DNA from: the human T2T-CHM13v2.0 reference genome, Homo sapiens
Strand: one strand, 5' to 3'
DNA length: 64,000 nucleotides
Assembly (NCBI RefSeq): GCF_009914755.1
Contig: NC_060934.1
The position numbers and the translations under genes were made by a program. Below the pieces are notes generated by a model. The model was not told where the DNA came from and did no database searches. It was given only the letters and a program-made list of their open reading frames with translations. Every line of letters begins with the position of its first letter. The first letter of the stretch is position 1. This document shows positions 14,368-32,929 of this stretch, piece after piece.

Positions 14368-15004
14368 TTAAGCTGTAATAGATCTGGTGCTCTGATGAGT
14401 GAAAGCATGCACTTTATGTGGTCTAATCTGGGCTATTGCTCAGTTTCTCTTATTTCTGCCCCACCCAAACTGTTGTTGGGAAGGGTGGGGGCCTCTCTTA
14501 AAGCAATGAGATGCAGGAGTTCCCAGATCTGCATAGCTCCCAGTGAGATCATCTGTCCATCCAGTCTCTGCTCATTTGCTGGCAATTGAGGAAGAGGACA
14601 GAAGCGGTGCAGCTCCCAGACTGGAGTCCAGGAGAGATCCCGACTTGGCCTCCCTTAAGCTCTTCCTACCAGAGCATGCTGTGTTTCTACCATGCCTCTG
14701 TCTAGGCCTGGCCCAGCTGACCTATTCCCAGCCTTTGAAGTGGGGTCATTTCACCCCTGCCATGGTGCAGCCCTGCAGAAGGCCAACTGATACTTGACTT
14801 AGTGTCTATACCCCTTGTCAACTGAGAGAGGCTAGGGAAGGTGGTGTATATTGGGCTCCTCCAGCTTTGACAGGATGAGCCCATGTTATGGGGCACCCTG
14901 CACAGTGGTCTCCCACCAGATTCCCAAACACAGCCCCACTCTATCCTCAGCATTGGTTTTAAGGTACATAACATGGTGCATGTCAAAAGCACAATGGCTC
15001 TTCA

Positions 15005-15190
15005 GCTTGTCTTCCTTCCTCTAATCTCTTCCCTTCGCATCCATCCTTTGCACTGTTGTCACTTTCATTATCTTAAAACAAAGCTCTGACTATGACATCC
15101 CTGCTCAAAAACTTTCAGTGCCTCCCCATTTCTGCCCCAATAAAGCTGAACTCATCAACATGGTAGCCAGCAAGGCCTTCCTTCCTGACC
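15005..15190 (+). mobile_element. L2 fragment
   Basis: catccctgctcaaaaactttcagtgcctccccatt...ataaagctgaactcatcaacatgg. Confidence 0.6.
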
Positions 15191-15588
15191 ATGGATGAAT
15201 GGATAATAAACATGTGCTACATACAGACAATGAAATATTAGTCATCTTTAAAAAAGATCTGACACATGCTATGATGGATGAACCTCGATGCTAAGTGAAA
15301 TAAGCTAGACACAGACTGTATGATTCCACTTACATGAGGTACTTAGAGTAGTCAGACTCATAGAGACAGAAAGGAGAATGGTGGCTGGCAGGAGTGTGGG
15401 AGGAGGTGATGGGGAGTGATTGTTTAATGGGTACAGAGTTTCAGTTTGGGATGATGAAAACATTCTGGAGATGAATAGTAATAATGGTTGCACAACAATG
15501 TGAGTATACTTAATGCCATGAACTGCACACTTAGTAATGGATAAAACGGCAAAATTTGCAGTATATATATTTTACCACGGTAAAAATA
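15191..15588 (+). mobile_element. L1MB 3' end
   Basis: gatggatgaacctc...tgtatgattccacttacatgagg...gggtacagagtttcagtttgggatgatgaaaa...ttttaccac. Confidence 0.85.
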
Positions 15589-15959
15589 TTGAAGATGACA
15601 ATAACAACAGCAACCGCAAAAAAAATCAATGAGTACATATAATGGTCTGTAGGCAAATTGGCTCCGAGGTCAAATGTCTTTGGTTGGGAGTGCTGAGGTA
15701 AGAGAGGGGAGGACCAGCAGAAATGTTATGAGCTATTTGGATTCTGCCTAAGGAGGAAGTGGTGAGGGGTCTTCTGGAGTCATGCATGCCTTGGTTGGAG
15801 GTCCCCTGTCTGAGCCCCCAGGCTCGGCGTCATTGCTGGAGCAGCATCTTCATTTTTTTATCCGTGGAGAAGGAGGACAGGAAGCATTGACATGCTATTT
15901 GTGCTGCAGGTCTGCATCAGGAATTGCCTTCACCTGTGAGTTCCAGATGTTTATAAATT

Positions 15960-16215
15960 AGTGGCTATGCTGTTTATTCTCCACTTATCCGTCCATAACC
16001 ATCCTCTTTCCTCTCTGCCCTGCTCTGAGCCCCCAGTGGCTAACCTCTAAAGACCACTCAGTGCCCTTGTCTTCTGTCTTCCAGGTGAGTATGTCCAATG
16101 GGAGGGGCTGGCAGGTGCTAGGAGGGCAAGGGGCAAGTGAGGTCAGGGAGCATCTTCCTGCAGGCTCTGCAGGGGCTCTGGTCCTCTACTGTGGTCACAT
16201 CTGAACACCTGGCTG
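15960..16215 (+). mobile_element. ERVL-class LTR (LTR33-like)
   Basis: ctctgccctgctctgagcccc...ccaatgggaggggctggcagg...gtgaggtcaggg. Confidence 0.55.
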
Positions 16216-16390
16216 CACATGGGAAGAAGAGAAGGAAAAGGAGAACCTCCTCCCCTCACTTTTTTAATAGAAGACTTAGTGGAAGTTCCTCTGCTTACAT
16301 TTCCTGTGGTTGGAACCCAGTTTCCTAGGGAGGCCAGGCAACATTGTAGTCTTTATTCCTGGAGAGAGCATGTCAGAAGAAAGCTCAGAG

Positions 16391-16440
16391 TTTTCTTTCT
16401 CTCTCTCTCTTTCTTTCCTTCTTTCTTTCTTTCTTTCTTT
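16391..16440. repeat. (TTTC)n/(TC)n tract, distal part of an Alu tail split by the L1
   Basis: ttttctttctctctctctctttctttccttctttctttc... Confidence 0.85.
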
Positions 16441-16672
16441 TTTTTTTAAGTTTTTTTTCCTTTTATTATTATACTTTAAGTTTTAGGGTACATGTACACA
16501 TTGTGCAGGTTAGTTACATATGTATACATGTGCTATGCTGGTGTGCTGCACCCACTGACTTGTCATCTAGCATTAGGTATATCTCCCAGTGCTATCCCTC
16601 GCCCCTCCCCCCACCCCACAACAGTCCCCAGAGTGTGATGTTCCCCTTCCTGTGTCCATGTGATCTCATTGT

Positions 16673-20526
<3,854 letters not shown>

Positions 20527-20562
20527 TTATTTGATGCAGTTTCTTCCTAGTCTCGATGGTCT

Positions 20563-21579
20563 TTACATTTTGGCATGATTTTGCAGCGGCTGGTACCAGT
20601 TGTTCCTTTCCATGTTTAGCGCTTCCTTCAGGAGCTCTTTTAGGGTAGGCCTGGTGGTGACAAAATCTTTCAGCATTTGCTTGTCTGTAAAGTATTTTAT
20701 TTCTCCTTCACTTATGAAGCTTAGTTTGGCTGGATATGAAATTCTGGGTTGAAAATTCTTTTCTTTAAGAATGTTGAATATTGGCCCCCACTCTCTTCTG
20801 GCTTGTAGGGTTTCTGTCGAGAGATCCGCTGTTAGTCTGATGGGCTTCCCTTTGAGGGTAACCCGACCTTTCTCTCTAGCTGCCCTTAACATTTTTTCCT
20901 TCATTTCAACTTTGGTGAATCTGACAATTATGTGTCTTGGAGTTGCTCTTCTCGAGGAGTACCTTTGTGGCGTTCTCTGTATTTCCTGAATCTGAACGTT
21001 GGCCTACCTTGCTAGATTGGGGAAATTCTCCTGGATAATATCCCGCAGAGTGTTTTCCAACTTGGTTCCATTCTCCCCATCACTTTCAGGTACACCAATC
21101 AGACGTAGATTTGGTCTTTTCACATAGTCCCATATTTCTTGGAGGCTTTGCTCATTTCTTTTTATTCTTTTTTCTCTAAACTTCCCTTCTCGCTTCATTT
21201 CATTCATTTCATCTTCCATCACTGATACCCTTTCTTCCAGTTGATCGCTTCAGCTCCTGAGGCTTCTGCATTCTTCACGTAGTTCTCAAGCCTTGGCTTT
21301 TAGCTCCATCAGCTCCTTTAAGCACTTCTCTGTATTGGTTATTCTAGTTATACATTCTTCTAAATTTTTTTCAAAGTTTTCAACTTCTTTGCCTTTGGTT
21401 TGAATGTCCTCCCGTAGCTCAGAGTAATTTGATCGTCTGAAGCCTTCTTCTCTCAGCTCATCAAAGTCATTCTCCGTCCAGCTTTGTTCCATTGCTGGTG
21501 AGGAACTGCGTTCCTTTGGAGGAGGAGAGGCGCTCTGCTTTTTAGAGTTTCCAGTTTCTCTGTTCTGTTTTTTCCCCAT
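20563..21579 (-). pseudogene. ORF1: L1 ORF1p, 338-codon frame with two in-frame nonsense codons
   Basis: MGKKQNR... to ...QPLQNHAKM; ORF pieces 21286-21579, 21004-21222 and 20563-20904 share one frame; stops at 21286 and 21004. Confidence 0.95.
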
Positions 21580-23408
<1,829 letters not shown>

Positions 23409-24059
23409 TAAAGGTTCTTCATGACGGGCAGAGACAGAGTCAACTGTGCCATCTTTCTTATCCCAGTTTGGTGTTCAGGTTTGGTCCTTTACGGGGGTGC
23501 TTGGCTGAGTTGGGCATCTTCCCTATGCTGAGTGTAGAGCAGGGCACCAAGGTACCCATCTCACATGGAAAAGGTGAAGAATCAGGGCAGACCCAAGAAC
23601 AACATCTTAGGTCAGGAAATGCAAAGTCCTCTTCTAAGTGCCTCCTCCCATCTCTCTATAAGTTACCATGGGATGTAGGTTGTTTTGGCGATAGGAAAAT
23701 GAAGGAGTGGATTGTGAGTGCTGAGGCTGCTTAAACCTACACAGAAAACTTTGTAAATTTTCCTCTGAGGAGCTGGACTTGAGATGAAGCAAGGCCCCAG
23801 ACACCAGAGAGCTTGAAAAACTCAAGAAGTTTTCCCAGGTTTCCATCCACCAGCAGGTCTTGCAAGAGGCCAATGCTATAAACTGGGGGCAGTAACATTC
23901 CAGGAAGAGAGATGATTTTGTGCAAGCCCTAAAGCTCTGAGTGAACCAAAAGAGCTATCCTGTTTCACAGTTGTGAGTTGGGGCAAGAAGAGGGCTTATT
24001 GGTGATGCAGCCCCGGAAGTGACCCCCTCTCCTCTGTGTACATGGACGTCAGCTGCAGG

Positions 24060-24305
24060 GTGCAGCAGTATAAAAGGCCAGGCTCTGGCATCTCCTGAGT
24101 TTGAATCCTTGCTCTGTTACTTCTAGGCATATGACTTTGGGCAAATTTCTTACTGTCTGTCAACCTCTGCATTTTCATCTGTAAAACGGGGATGACACCA
24201 CGTCCTAGCTCACAAGAGTACAGTGGAATTAAACAAGGGAATTCACGCAGCCTGTTTAGCCCAGTTTTGGGCACACAGCATGGGTCTACAAACATTGATG
24301 CTTAT
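24060..24305 (+). mobile_element. MIR SINE
   Basis: cctgagtttgaatcc...gactttgggcaaatt...ttttcatctgtaaaacggggatga. Confidence 0.8.
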
Positions 24306-25004
24306 CTTAACTGGCATTTCTAAGTGACAGAGTTTATAGATGACTTAGTGCCAGGGAGTTACAGTCATTTCTGGGGAGTTAGGAAGCACCCAGGAGCAAA
24401 GGAGAGAGTGAGATGGAGGGGTGTGGGGTGCTGTGACAAGCAGGTATGGAGCTTCAGCTCTGCTGCTCCTGAATTATTCATAGAAACAATCTTTGAATAA
24501 TTGGAGGCCATTTTTCATTACCATTATTTCCTGGAGAAATGACTCCATTGCTGAAATCTGAGGTGGGGGAAGTACATTCTATTTATGTTAGATTGCTTCT
24601 TAAAAACTTCCCAGGGATGGCCCAAAACAGGCGCCTCGTTTTGGGGGCTGTGACTGCAAGGGCAGAATAATCCCACCTTGCTAATTACTTCCCAAAGTGA
24701 AGGAGGAGAGGAGAGAGGGAGGGAGGGAGGATCCAGAACCAGGGAGAGAAGAGAGAATTGGTGGTGGGCAGGAGGGGGTCTGGAGAGGGCTCTAGAAGGA
24801 GCTGGGCTCTAGAAGGCTGACAGATGTGGGGTCAGTCCAGCTGTAGGAATCAGATGTGGGATCAGCGCAGCTGGAGGATTAGGTTCTGAGTACTGTGTCT
24901 GGAGAGTCTCCAAGGAGCATGTCTCCCCGTATTGTCCCAACCCTAACATTTTGTCCTCATTGAGGTATACGGTAGTAAAAAAAATGGCAGACCCTACTCC
25001 ACCA

Positions 25005-25200
25005 CTGGAGTGAGTTACCTTGGGCAAGCCCTGGGTTACCTTTGGTAAGGCCTGTTCCTGTCTCCATGCCTCAGTTTCCTTTTCTGATAAATGAGGCTGG
25101 GAAATGTGTCTTTTGTAGAATTGTTATGAAGATTGACTGAGATAATGCACGTGATTTGCCCAGCACTGTGCATGACTTAGAGGAGACTTTTAAAAGCTGT
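25005..25200 (+). mobile_element. MIR SINE
   Basis: accttgggcaag...gcctcagtttccttttctg...gttatgaagattgactgagataatgc. Confidence 0.7.
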
Positions 25201-25332
25201 TAGAAAACCTGTCCTCCCACCCCCTCACTCCCCCTTGGAGACCGAGTCCTAGGGATTAAGTATTGCCCCTTTTCAAAATGCAGAGGCAAATGCTCCTGCT
25301 AAGGGGTCCTGCCTTTTATCATCACAACTTGG

Positions 25333-25706
25333 CTATCTCTCTGTTTCCATGAATTTGACTTTTTTAGATCCCACATATAAGGAAGATCATGCAGTAAGGC
25401 TGGGATGGGAGGATTAGGGAGATAATGGTCAAAGGACACAAAATTTCAGTGAGACAGGAAGAAGGATATGTTCAAGAGACCTATTGTACATCGTGGTGAC
25501 TGCAGCTAATAACAATGTAATGTACACTTGAAAACTACTAAAACGGTAGATTTTAAATATTCTCACTACAAAAAAAGGATCAGTATTGGAGTCATGCATA
25601 TGTTTATTAACTTGATTTAGCCCTTCCACAGTGTGGACCTATTTCAAAACATCATGTTGTACAGAATGCATAGATATGATTTTTATCAGTTAAAAAAATA
25701 ACATAA
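25333..25706 (+). mobile_element. L1MA 3' end with a 5' inversion
   Basis: 25333-25396 is antisense L1 (tactgcatgatc...gaaacagagag reversed), joined to the sense 3'UTR from 25397. Confidence 0.8.
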
Positions 25707-26809
25707 ATGAGTTGGCTCTCTCTGGGGCAGGAGGTGCCACAGGTTCTTATGTGTGTTGTGGGTGGGTAGCAGAGGAAGCAAGGTGAGGAGAAGGTGGTGC
25801 TGAGGAAAGGTGGGGAGAGGGCCCTCGAAAGGAAGCAGGGACAAATGTGCGACTTGGCACTTGCCAAAGGCCAGTCTAGAGACATACACACACCCTCACG
25901 CATGCACACACATATACGTGTGTGCCCAGTCTAGGAGTTTTATGAAGCCTTCTGGGACCATTCCCACCCACTGCCTGCCCCAGCTGACCCAATCAAAGTG
26001 GATGCATTTATATCTGGAAGATGAGATGTAAGCAGAGGTTCATGTGTCAGTTTCTGGGAAACTTTCTTAAGACAACTGGCACATGCACTTGGCTGTAATT
26101 TGTCATCTGGGAGGTTCGTGGACATTAATTCTGTCTCTCCCATGAGGTAGAGGCTCTCTTAAGTCAAGAATACCTCTTCCATGTCATGCCCCTCCCTCTC
26201 ACCCAGGGTCAGGCACAGGGCTCTGGATATCATCAGTCTGCAATGATCCATAGGCCATGGCTTGATCAAGTGGTGTAAGCAGATGTCACCTCATAATGTT
26301 TTGAAATTGGCTAAGAATTAATTCTGGGCACTGTCTGAGTGAAGACAGCCCCAGTGTTGAGGAAATAAGGATCAAATTTGATAAAGGAAGAAACAAGGTG
26401 CCCACACTTACCCCACTCCCAGAAGGAGACTTACCTCTGGGTTCAGCTCCCATTTCTTGGCCAGTTCTCCCCATTCTATTCCATGTGATAACTTTATTTC
26501 TAGGTTCCCTGGACCTTCTTCCCCTTCCCCTCAACCCTCTCTAACCAGGAAGAAGGTGAAAAAGGTGCCTAGATATTAGTAACACTGGTGTCAGTGGTTA
26601 CTTAATGTCTTTTCCTTCCAGAGGCCTGTGTAGGGCAATACCTTAACCCAGAAGGATAGGCATGGGGGAGTCTTCAGCCCTGTCTAGAGTCCGGGCTCTG
26701 GAAAATCATGCAAGAGCTCTGTCTTCACAGCCCTTCCTATTAAATGCAATCCTCATGGCCTATATCACTGTTTTAATTTTACAGTCAATTGAGTTAATAT
26801 TCATGAAAA

Positions 26810-26950
26810 CCTGTCTTCTCTACGAGATTCAAGGTCTACAGGGGCAGAACTATGCCTACCTGGGCTTGTCACTTAGCCCAGGGCCTAGCACAGAATAAGT
26901 GCTAAGCAAAGGTTTGTTGACTGAAAAATGAGTGAAATAAATGCATTGAT
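26810..26950 (+). mobile_element. L2 3' end
   Basis: ggggcagaactatg...cccagggcctagcacag...gtttgttgactgaa. Confidence 0.65.
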
Positions 26951-27077
26951 GAGAAGAACCTGCTTTAGTGCTCTGTGCAGCGAGGGTACATGATACCCAG
27001 GAAAGCAGCCTTTCCCAGCCTCCAAGAAGGCTTATTCCTGCCCCCTCTCTATAACTAAAATGTCTGATGTGCCCAGC

Positions 27078-27080
<3 letters not shown>

Positions 27081-27128
<48 letters not shown>
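27081..27128. repeat. (TG)24 perfect microsatellite
   Basis: 24 uninterrupted TG units. Confidence 0.97.
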
Positions 27129-27131
<3 letters not shown>

Positions 27132-27214
27132 AAGGAGGGGCCAATAGGAAAAGCAATTAAAATATTAATTAATACAAGAGTACAAGACTATGCAGTTTGT
27201 TCTTTTCCTCGATT

Positions 27215-27845
27215 GTTCATTCATTTATCAACTAATAAGCACGTGCCATATGCCACAATGTATTGGGCAATGAGAGGGATTCACATATGAACAAGACATT
27301 GTCCTGTCCTGAAGGAACTCACAGCATAGTAGGAGGAAAATGTAATTGCAGTAACAACCACCCTAACAGTTATAATACTAATGGTAATTTTTGAACAGCC
27401 CCTATTCGCCAGATCTTGTCATGCACCCTTTAAGATATTGGCCTGTTTATTTTCCTCAACAACTCTTTGAGGAAGAAATATTATTCCTACTTTATGAATT
27501 AAGAAATCAAGTCACAGAGAGGTTAAGTCACTTCCCAGGGTCACACAGCAAAGCTCTCGACTCTATGCTTTGCTCTTGTAATACAAAATAGAACAGGTTG
27601 AGTGTTTACAAGTGTACAAACAGTGCCCCAGGAGTTCAGAGAAATAATTCTCATGTGAGCTCCGGAGGGTGAGTGGTTTGATGGGAGTGTCAGAGGGGCA
27701 AAGAAAGGGTAGGGGATATTTAGGGGAATAGGGGGCAGTTCAGTTTGGCTGGATGCAAGGGTATGTGACAAGATGGAAGGCAGAGAAGCCTGGAGAGGTG
27801 AATGGGACCAGCCTGGGTAAGATCTCAGATGCCATTTCAGCCTCA
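27215..27845 (-). mobile_element. L2 fragments interrupted by a MIR (about 27370-27570)
   Basis: ttcattcatttatcaac...cctgtcctgaaggaactcacag (L2); cagagaggttaagtcacttcccagggtcacacagc (MIR). Confidence 0.6.
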
Positions 27846-28831
27846 TGGTTGACTGTGAATAAGTGGCAGATAGAAAGACAATGACTACAGTGATGTGGAG
27901 TCCTGGTCTCCCCTGGTCTGTGCTGGTGGTTCGTCTGGCAAGGGGACAGGGGTGCAGCTCTGACTCAGCCAGGTGAGTGCCTGGCCCTGGCATCTGTAAG
28001 CCCCAGCCCAGCAGTGAAGCTGCTTATTGAGGGAGATGGGGCAACACCAGCTCGATGGGATGCTCCTAGGCTACCCCAAAGAAGCCCTTGACAAGGCTCA
28101 TCCCTGATGAGGGGCCCAATAGAGATGGGCAGACACGGTCACTCATCAAACCAAGCAGTTTTCCTGGCCTATGGGGCCACGCCCCCAGAAGGTGGGCAAA
28201 CCCTGATAAAAGTCCTTGAAGATCCACACATTTCCCTTGCACAGAATTAACCCCAGTCAAGTGATTTCCTTACTAGCTTTGACCGGTAATTTCAGATATT
28301 TTCAGATAAGCCTCAGTTAGAGATAGAGATAGAAAAAAGAGCAAGATGAAGGGGGTATGGAGTATGTGAACATATTTGTTTTGTGGAGTGACTGCAGGAG
28401 AGGTCTCGGGAAGGCATGGGAGGTTGTTGAGAGCAGCTGAGAGAACATACGAATTGTGTCATTGTTAGCGAAGATTAAACAGTAGAAAGAATGAGGCTTT
28501 GCTGGCAGCCACTGGATTAACAGCTTGTAGATTTCAATAATCAGTTTAAAGTTGAGTTTATATGCATGCTGAGAAACCTGGCTCCTTAAGATGAGCTATG
28601 CTGTTGTTGCTGGAAATGGCTGGAAGTCAGGGAGGGAGATTTACAGCCTGAAGATGTCACCCTTCAGAGAGGAATCACCCACTCCTAGGACAACAGACTG
28701 GAAGGCAGCCTGTCAGAAGGAGAGACCTTGTTGATTTCTGAAAAATGTGAATTTCAATTGATATGCCCAAGAAAAAGTGAGCACTATTTATAGGATAGTG
28801 ACTGAGATGTACTGCTTAAGAATAGACAGCA

Positions 28832-29171
<340 letters not shown>

Positions 29172-29174
29172 TCA

Positions 29175-29615
29175 CGGCCAACCGAATAAGGGTCTAAATC
29201 CTTGGCTCAGAAGCCTCAGCCTTCCTTTGGGAGGCTACCGACCCCACTTGTACCCCTACTTCCTATGGCCCCCATTATGGGCCTGTCCTCCCTGGACCTC
29301 TTTTTTCTGCCTGCCCCATCTCCTTGGGCACCCCTTCTGCCTAAAGAGTTCATCTTTGTTTTCACCTGTCCAAACTATTCCTGCCCACCAACTCCAAATA
29401 GATTCACTGACTCCTCTACTAAAAGGCCTCTGACCCACTACTCCCTTCCAGAGTAGGATGACATCCTCTCTGCTCCTGTAAGGCTCATCACATTTTCTTT
29501 GTGACATAGCATTTACACGATTGTCCCATGACTCCTATTAACTCCAGAAGGCAGATAACCCATACCGGGGTCCTCTGCATGTCTCGTAGCTTGGCATCCT
29601 GGCAAAGTGCCTTGT
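29175..29615 (+). mobile_element. L2 fragment
   Basis: aataagggtctaaatccttggc...actccagaaggcagataacc...tggcatcctggcaaagtgcc. Confidence 0.5.
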
Positions 29616-29824
29616 AGCCTGCAAAGTGCCTTGCCTGTGGCCGCCATATCAGACACTGTATGTTCATTCTTGGCTTTCCAACCCCATTCTTTCACCCACA
29701 GTAGCCAACTCGCTGTCCCCAATGTGCTGTGAACTTTCACACCTCCAGGCCTTTCATTCATTCGTTCAACATACATTTAGTGAGTTCCTTCTATGTGCCA
29801 GACTACTCTAGCTCCAAGACACAG

Positions 29825-30236
29825 GGATGAGCATATGACCCCAACCTGGCCAAGCAGAGCATTTCATTCTCCTGGCCACAGAAATGCATTACAGATGGTG
29901 GGAAACACAAAGCATGCCATTGAAACTCAAATCTGAGACTTGGGTGGGGACTCTCTGGAAAGCCACACGTACTTTCCTTTGGAGTTGTTTAATAGTAGGT
30001 GTCAGCAGGGGCCACTGGGGGCCACCCACGAACGGGAAGAATCAAGTCACCACCAAGGAAAGCAGATCTCAGAGGCAGAGGGCTGGAGATTCCTGGTGAC
30101 ATCATTGAGTACCTAGATCCAGCCAATTCTGAACTACCTCTGAAATTTTCAGTAAATGAGCTCATCAGTTCCCTTCTCTGCTTAAGCCAGTTTAAGCTGG
30201 ACTTCTGCAATATACAAGCAGTGTTCTCACCAATAC
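29825..30236 (+). mobile_element. MaLR solo LTR (MLT1K-like)
   Basis: cctggtgacatcattgagtacctagatccagcc...ttttcagtaaatgagc...gcttaagccagtttaagctgg. Confidence 0.65.
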
Positions 30237-31229
30237 GAAGGTAACACATGCCTTCATGGAGGTGAAAACTGATCCTTTGCCCTCTGAGATGCTCTAAACC
30301 TGGGTCTATAGCACCCTCACTTTCTTGCTGCCTGGGGTGTGGTGGGGTGATGATTAATTTGTCTGTTACCACTCTACTCTTCAGGCCCCACTTGGCTGGA
30401 GCCTCCTGCTGCGTCTAGGAGCAGGCCTGAGATGAGGCCCCTTTTCCACAACTCCAGGAGTTTATGGGATTAATGACATACATAGATTTAATGATGGGCT
30501 CTCGATGGTGGAAGGAAGCTGATTCTGAGGCCATAGTTCATTCTTGCTCAGGTTGATTAATAATTAGATGTCAATAGTCCGTAGGATTTGAGCATGAACG
30601 GTTGTTTTTTTCCTATTGGATATGTATTTTTGTCATTATTGATGTTGTTTTTTATATTGGGTCTTACTTTAGTTGCCATTCCTCTTCTGCCCCTTGAGAT
30701 CTTGAGGTCCCATCATTGCCCCAGGGACTGAGAATGTTCCTGCACATTAATGAAGTCTGCAACGGATGTATTTTTAGTTGGCTTGTTTGCATCTGTTCTT
30801 TCCCTATTCCTTGTCTGATTGACACCTGCTGGGAGAGAGGCACCGTAGCAGAGATTTGCTATGGGAGATATTTGGCTACAGTGGCTGGCTTCACAGCATC
30901 CCTCTGATTGTTTCTAGCCCATGAGGGGGCATGGAGATTTCCATCTCCTTCATCTTGCCTTGATTCCATTGTTCAAATGAACTGCAAGGGGGTAAGCTGG
31001 GCTTGTTTACCACCTCTACTCGGCTAGTGGATGAAAGAAACAAGAAGCATTGCTGTGCCTGTTAAAAGTCTCCCTGGGTTAAAGCTGGAAAGCTTGCCAG
31101 AGAGAGGTGTTTCCAGGTATGCAGGTCTCTGCCGGGGAGAGACTCCTGGCAGCAGAGGTAGTGTTAGAAGACAGCTCTTGCTCTCTGTTGGAGGGCCCAG
31201 GGCCCTTTGCTGGCTACAGAGAATGGGGA

Positions 31230-31712
31230 AGCTGCCCAGGGGCCAGGTAGGAAGCAGGTGGCACACTCAAAAGGGAGGAGAGTTTAATAAGAGAACAGTT
31301 CACCAGCATGTAGGGAAGTATAAGGGAACAAGCAAGGGATGGTGAGGCACCTCCAGATTAGTAACAGAAGGAAACTCTTATTTCATATGCTCCGCACCAA
31401 GACATGAAGCACTCACCACACCACAAGAAAGCTCAAGCTCAGAAGGGCTTCCCAGCACCATCTGTGGGTTGCAGTAGAGTAACACAGCTATTGCCAACCT
31501 GTGGCTGGGCTGGGAGAAAACTAGGGGGAGGAAGACCCTGACCTTTCTCTCCTCCAAGCCTTTTATCTGTTGGATCCTCCTGTTGGCTGAACCTTACCCA
31601 GCGAGGGAGCCTTATTGATGCAGTCCATGGATGCCAGCCCTCTGAGCATATCAAGCAGGGTGGAAGAGGATGAAGAGTGGATTTAGAAGGAAAAACAGAT
31701 AATAACCAGCTC
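31230..31712 (-). mobile_element. ERVL-class LTR (LTR33-like)
   Basis: ccctgacctttctctcctcc...gggagccttattgatgcagtccatgg...gcagggtggaagagg. Confidence 0.55.
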
Positions 31713-31825
31713 TCTAGTGCTAACTCCCTGTTTCAGAGAGGGCTGTATGGGATGTAGGAAACAGAGAGTCACTTGTGGTTACTTCAAGGAAAAACAAGTG
31801 ATGGGACCGGAACCTGAAAGGTAGG

Positions 31826-32222
31826 TGTATTAGTCCGTTCTTGCATTGTTATAAATAAATACCTGAGACTGAGTAATTTATGAAGAAAAGATGTTTAATT
31901 GGCTCGTGGTTCTGCAGGCTGTACAGGAAGCATGGTGACTTCTGCTTCTGGGGAGACCTCAGGAAACTTACAATCATGATGGAAGGTGAAGAGGAAGCAG
32001 GCACATCTTACATGGCCAGAGCAGGAGAAAGAGAGAACAGGGAGGTGCCATACACTTTTAAACAAGCAGATCTCGTAAGCACTCACGTACTATCATGAGA
32101 GCAGCATCAAAGGGGAAATCTTCCCCCTTGATTTAGTCACTTCCCACCAGGCCCCAACTCCGACACTGGGGATTACAATTAAGCAAGAGATTTGAATGTG
32201 GACACAGATCCAAACCATACTG
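31826..32222 (-). mobile_element. MSTA-type MaLR solo LTR
   Basis: tgtattagtccgttcttgcatt...gacacagatccaaaccata; 5-bp TSD gtagg/gtggg. Confidence 0.9.
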
Positions 32223-32333
32223 GTGGGAATGTAGTTGGGTGTGGATTTATGCAGACCCCTTTCAAAGCTCCAGGGAGACTGTGTGGATGCTACTTGGGGT
32301 GGCAGGAAGAACAGATGAATGACAAACCTCCTC

Positions 32334-32753
32334 TGTGCTAGTCTATTTCATGCTGCTGTAGAGGAATGCCTGAAGCTGGGTAATTTATAAAGAAAAAAGG
32401 TTTATTTGGCTTATGATTCTGCAGGCTGTACAAGAAGCATGGCACCAGCATCTGCTCACTTCTGGTGAGGCCTCAGGAAGATTTTACTCATGGTGGAAGG
32501 CAAAGCTTTAACTCATGTGTCACATAGCAAGAGAGAGAGCAAGACAGGGAGGAAGGAGGTCCCAGACTCTAACAATCAGATCTCATGCAAACTACTAGAA
32601 CCAGAACTCACTCATTACAGTAGGGAGAGCACCAAACCATTCATGAAGGATCTGCCCCCATTACTGAAACACCTCCCACCAGGTCCCACCATGGACACTG
32701 GGGATCACAATTCAACATGAGATTTGGAAGGGACACACATTCAAACCATATCA
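32334..32753 (-). mobile_element. MSTB-type MaLR solo LTR
   Basis: aagaagcatggcaccagcatctgc...cattcaaaccatatca; 5-bp TSD tcctc/ccctc. Confidence 0.9.
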
Positions 32754-32929
32754 CCCTCCCCACCCTAAGCTTGGCGTTCAGCCCCATGGGGAAGAGGCAA
32801 TGCTTTTGGGTTACTGCAAAGGTTGACAGAGCTTGACTTTGCACTATTTCTGAGGCTTACTGACTTATCCTAAAAGTAAACAGCGATGCTCTTTCATTTA
32901 ACAAGCAAACAGCAAACAGACATACAAAG

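Noticed and set aside
26810-27335. Oppositely oriented L2 ends as a possible miRNA hairpin
   Set aside because: The copies are highly diverged and separated by about 270 bp including a TG repeat; no compact stem is visible.
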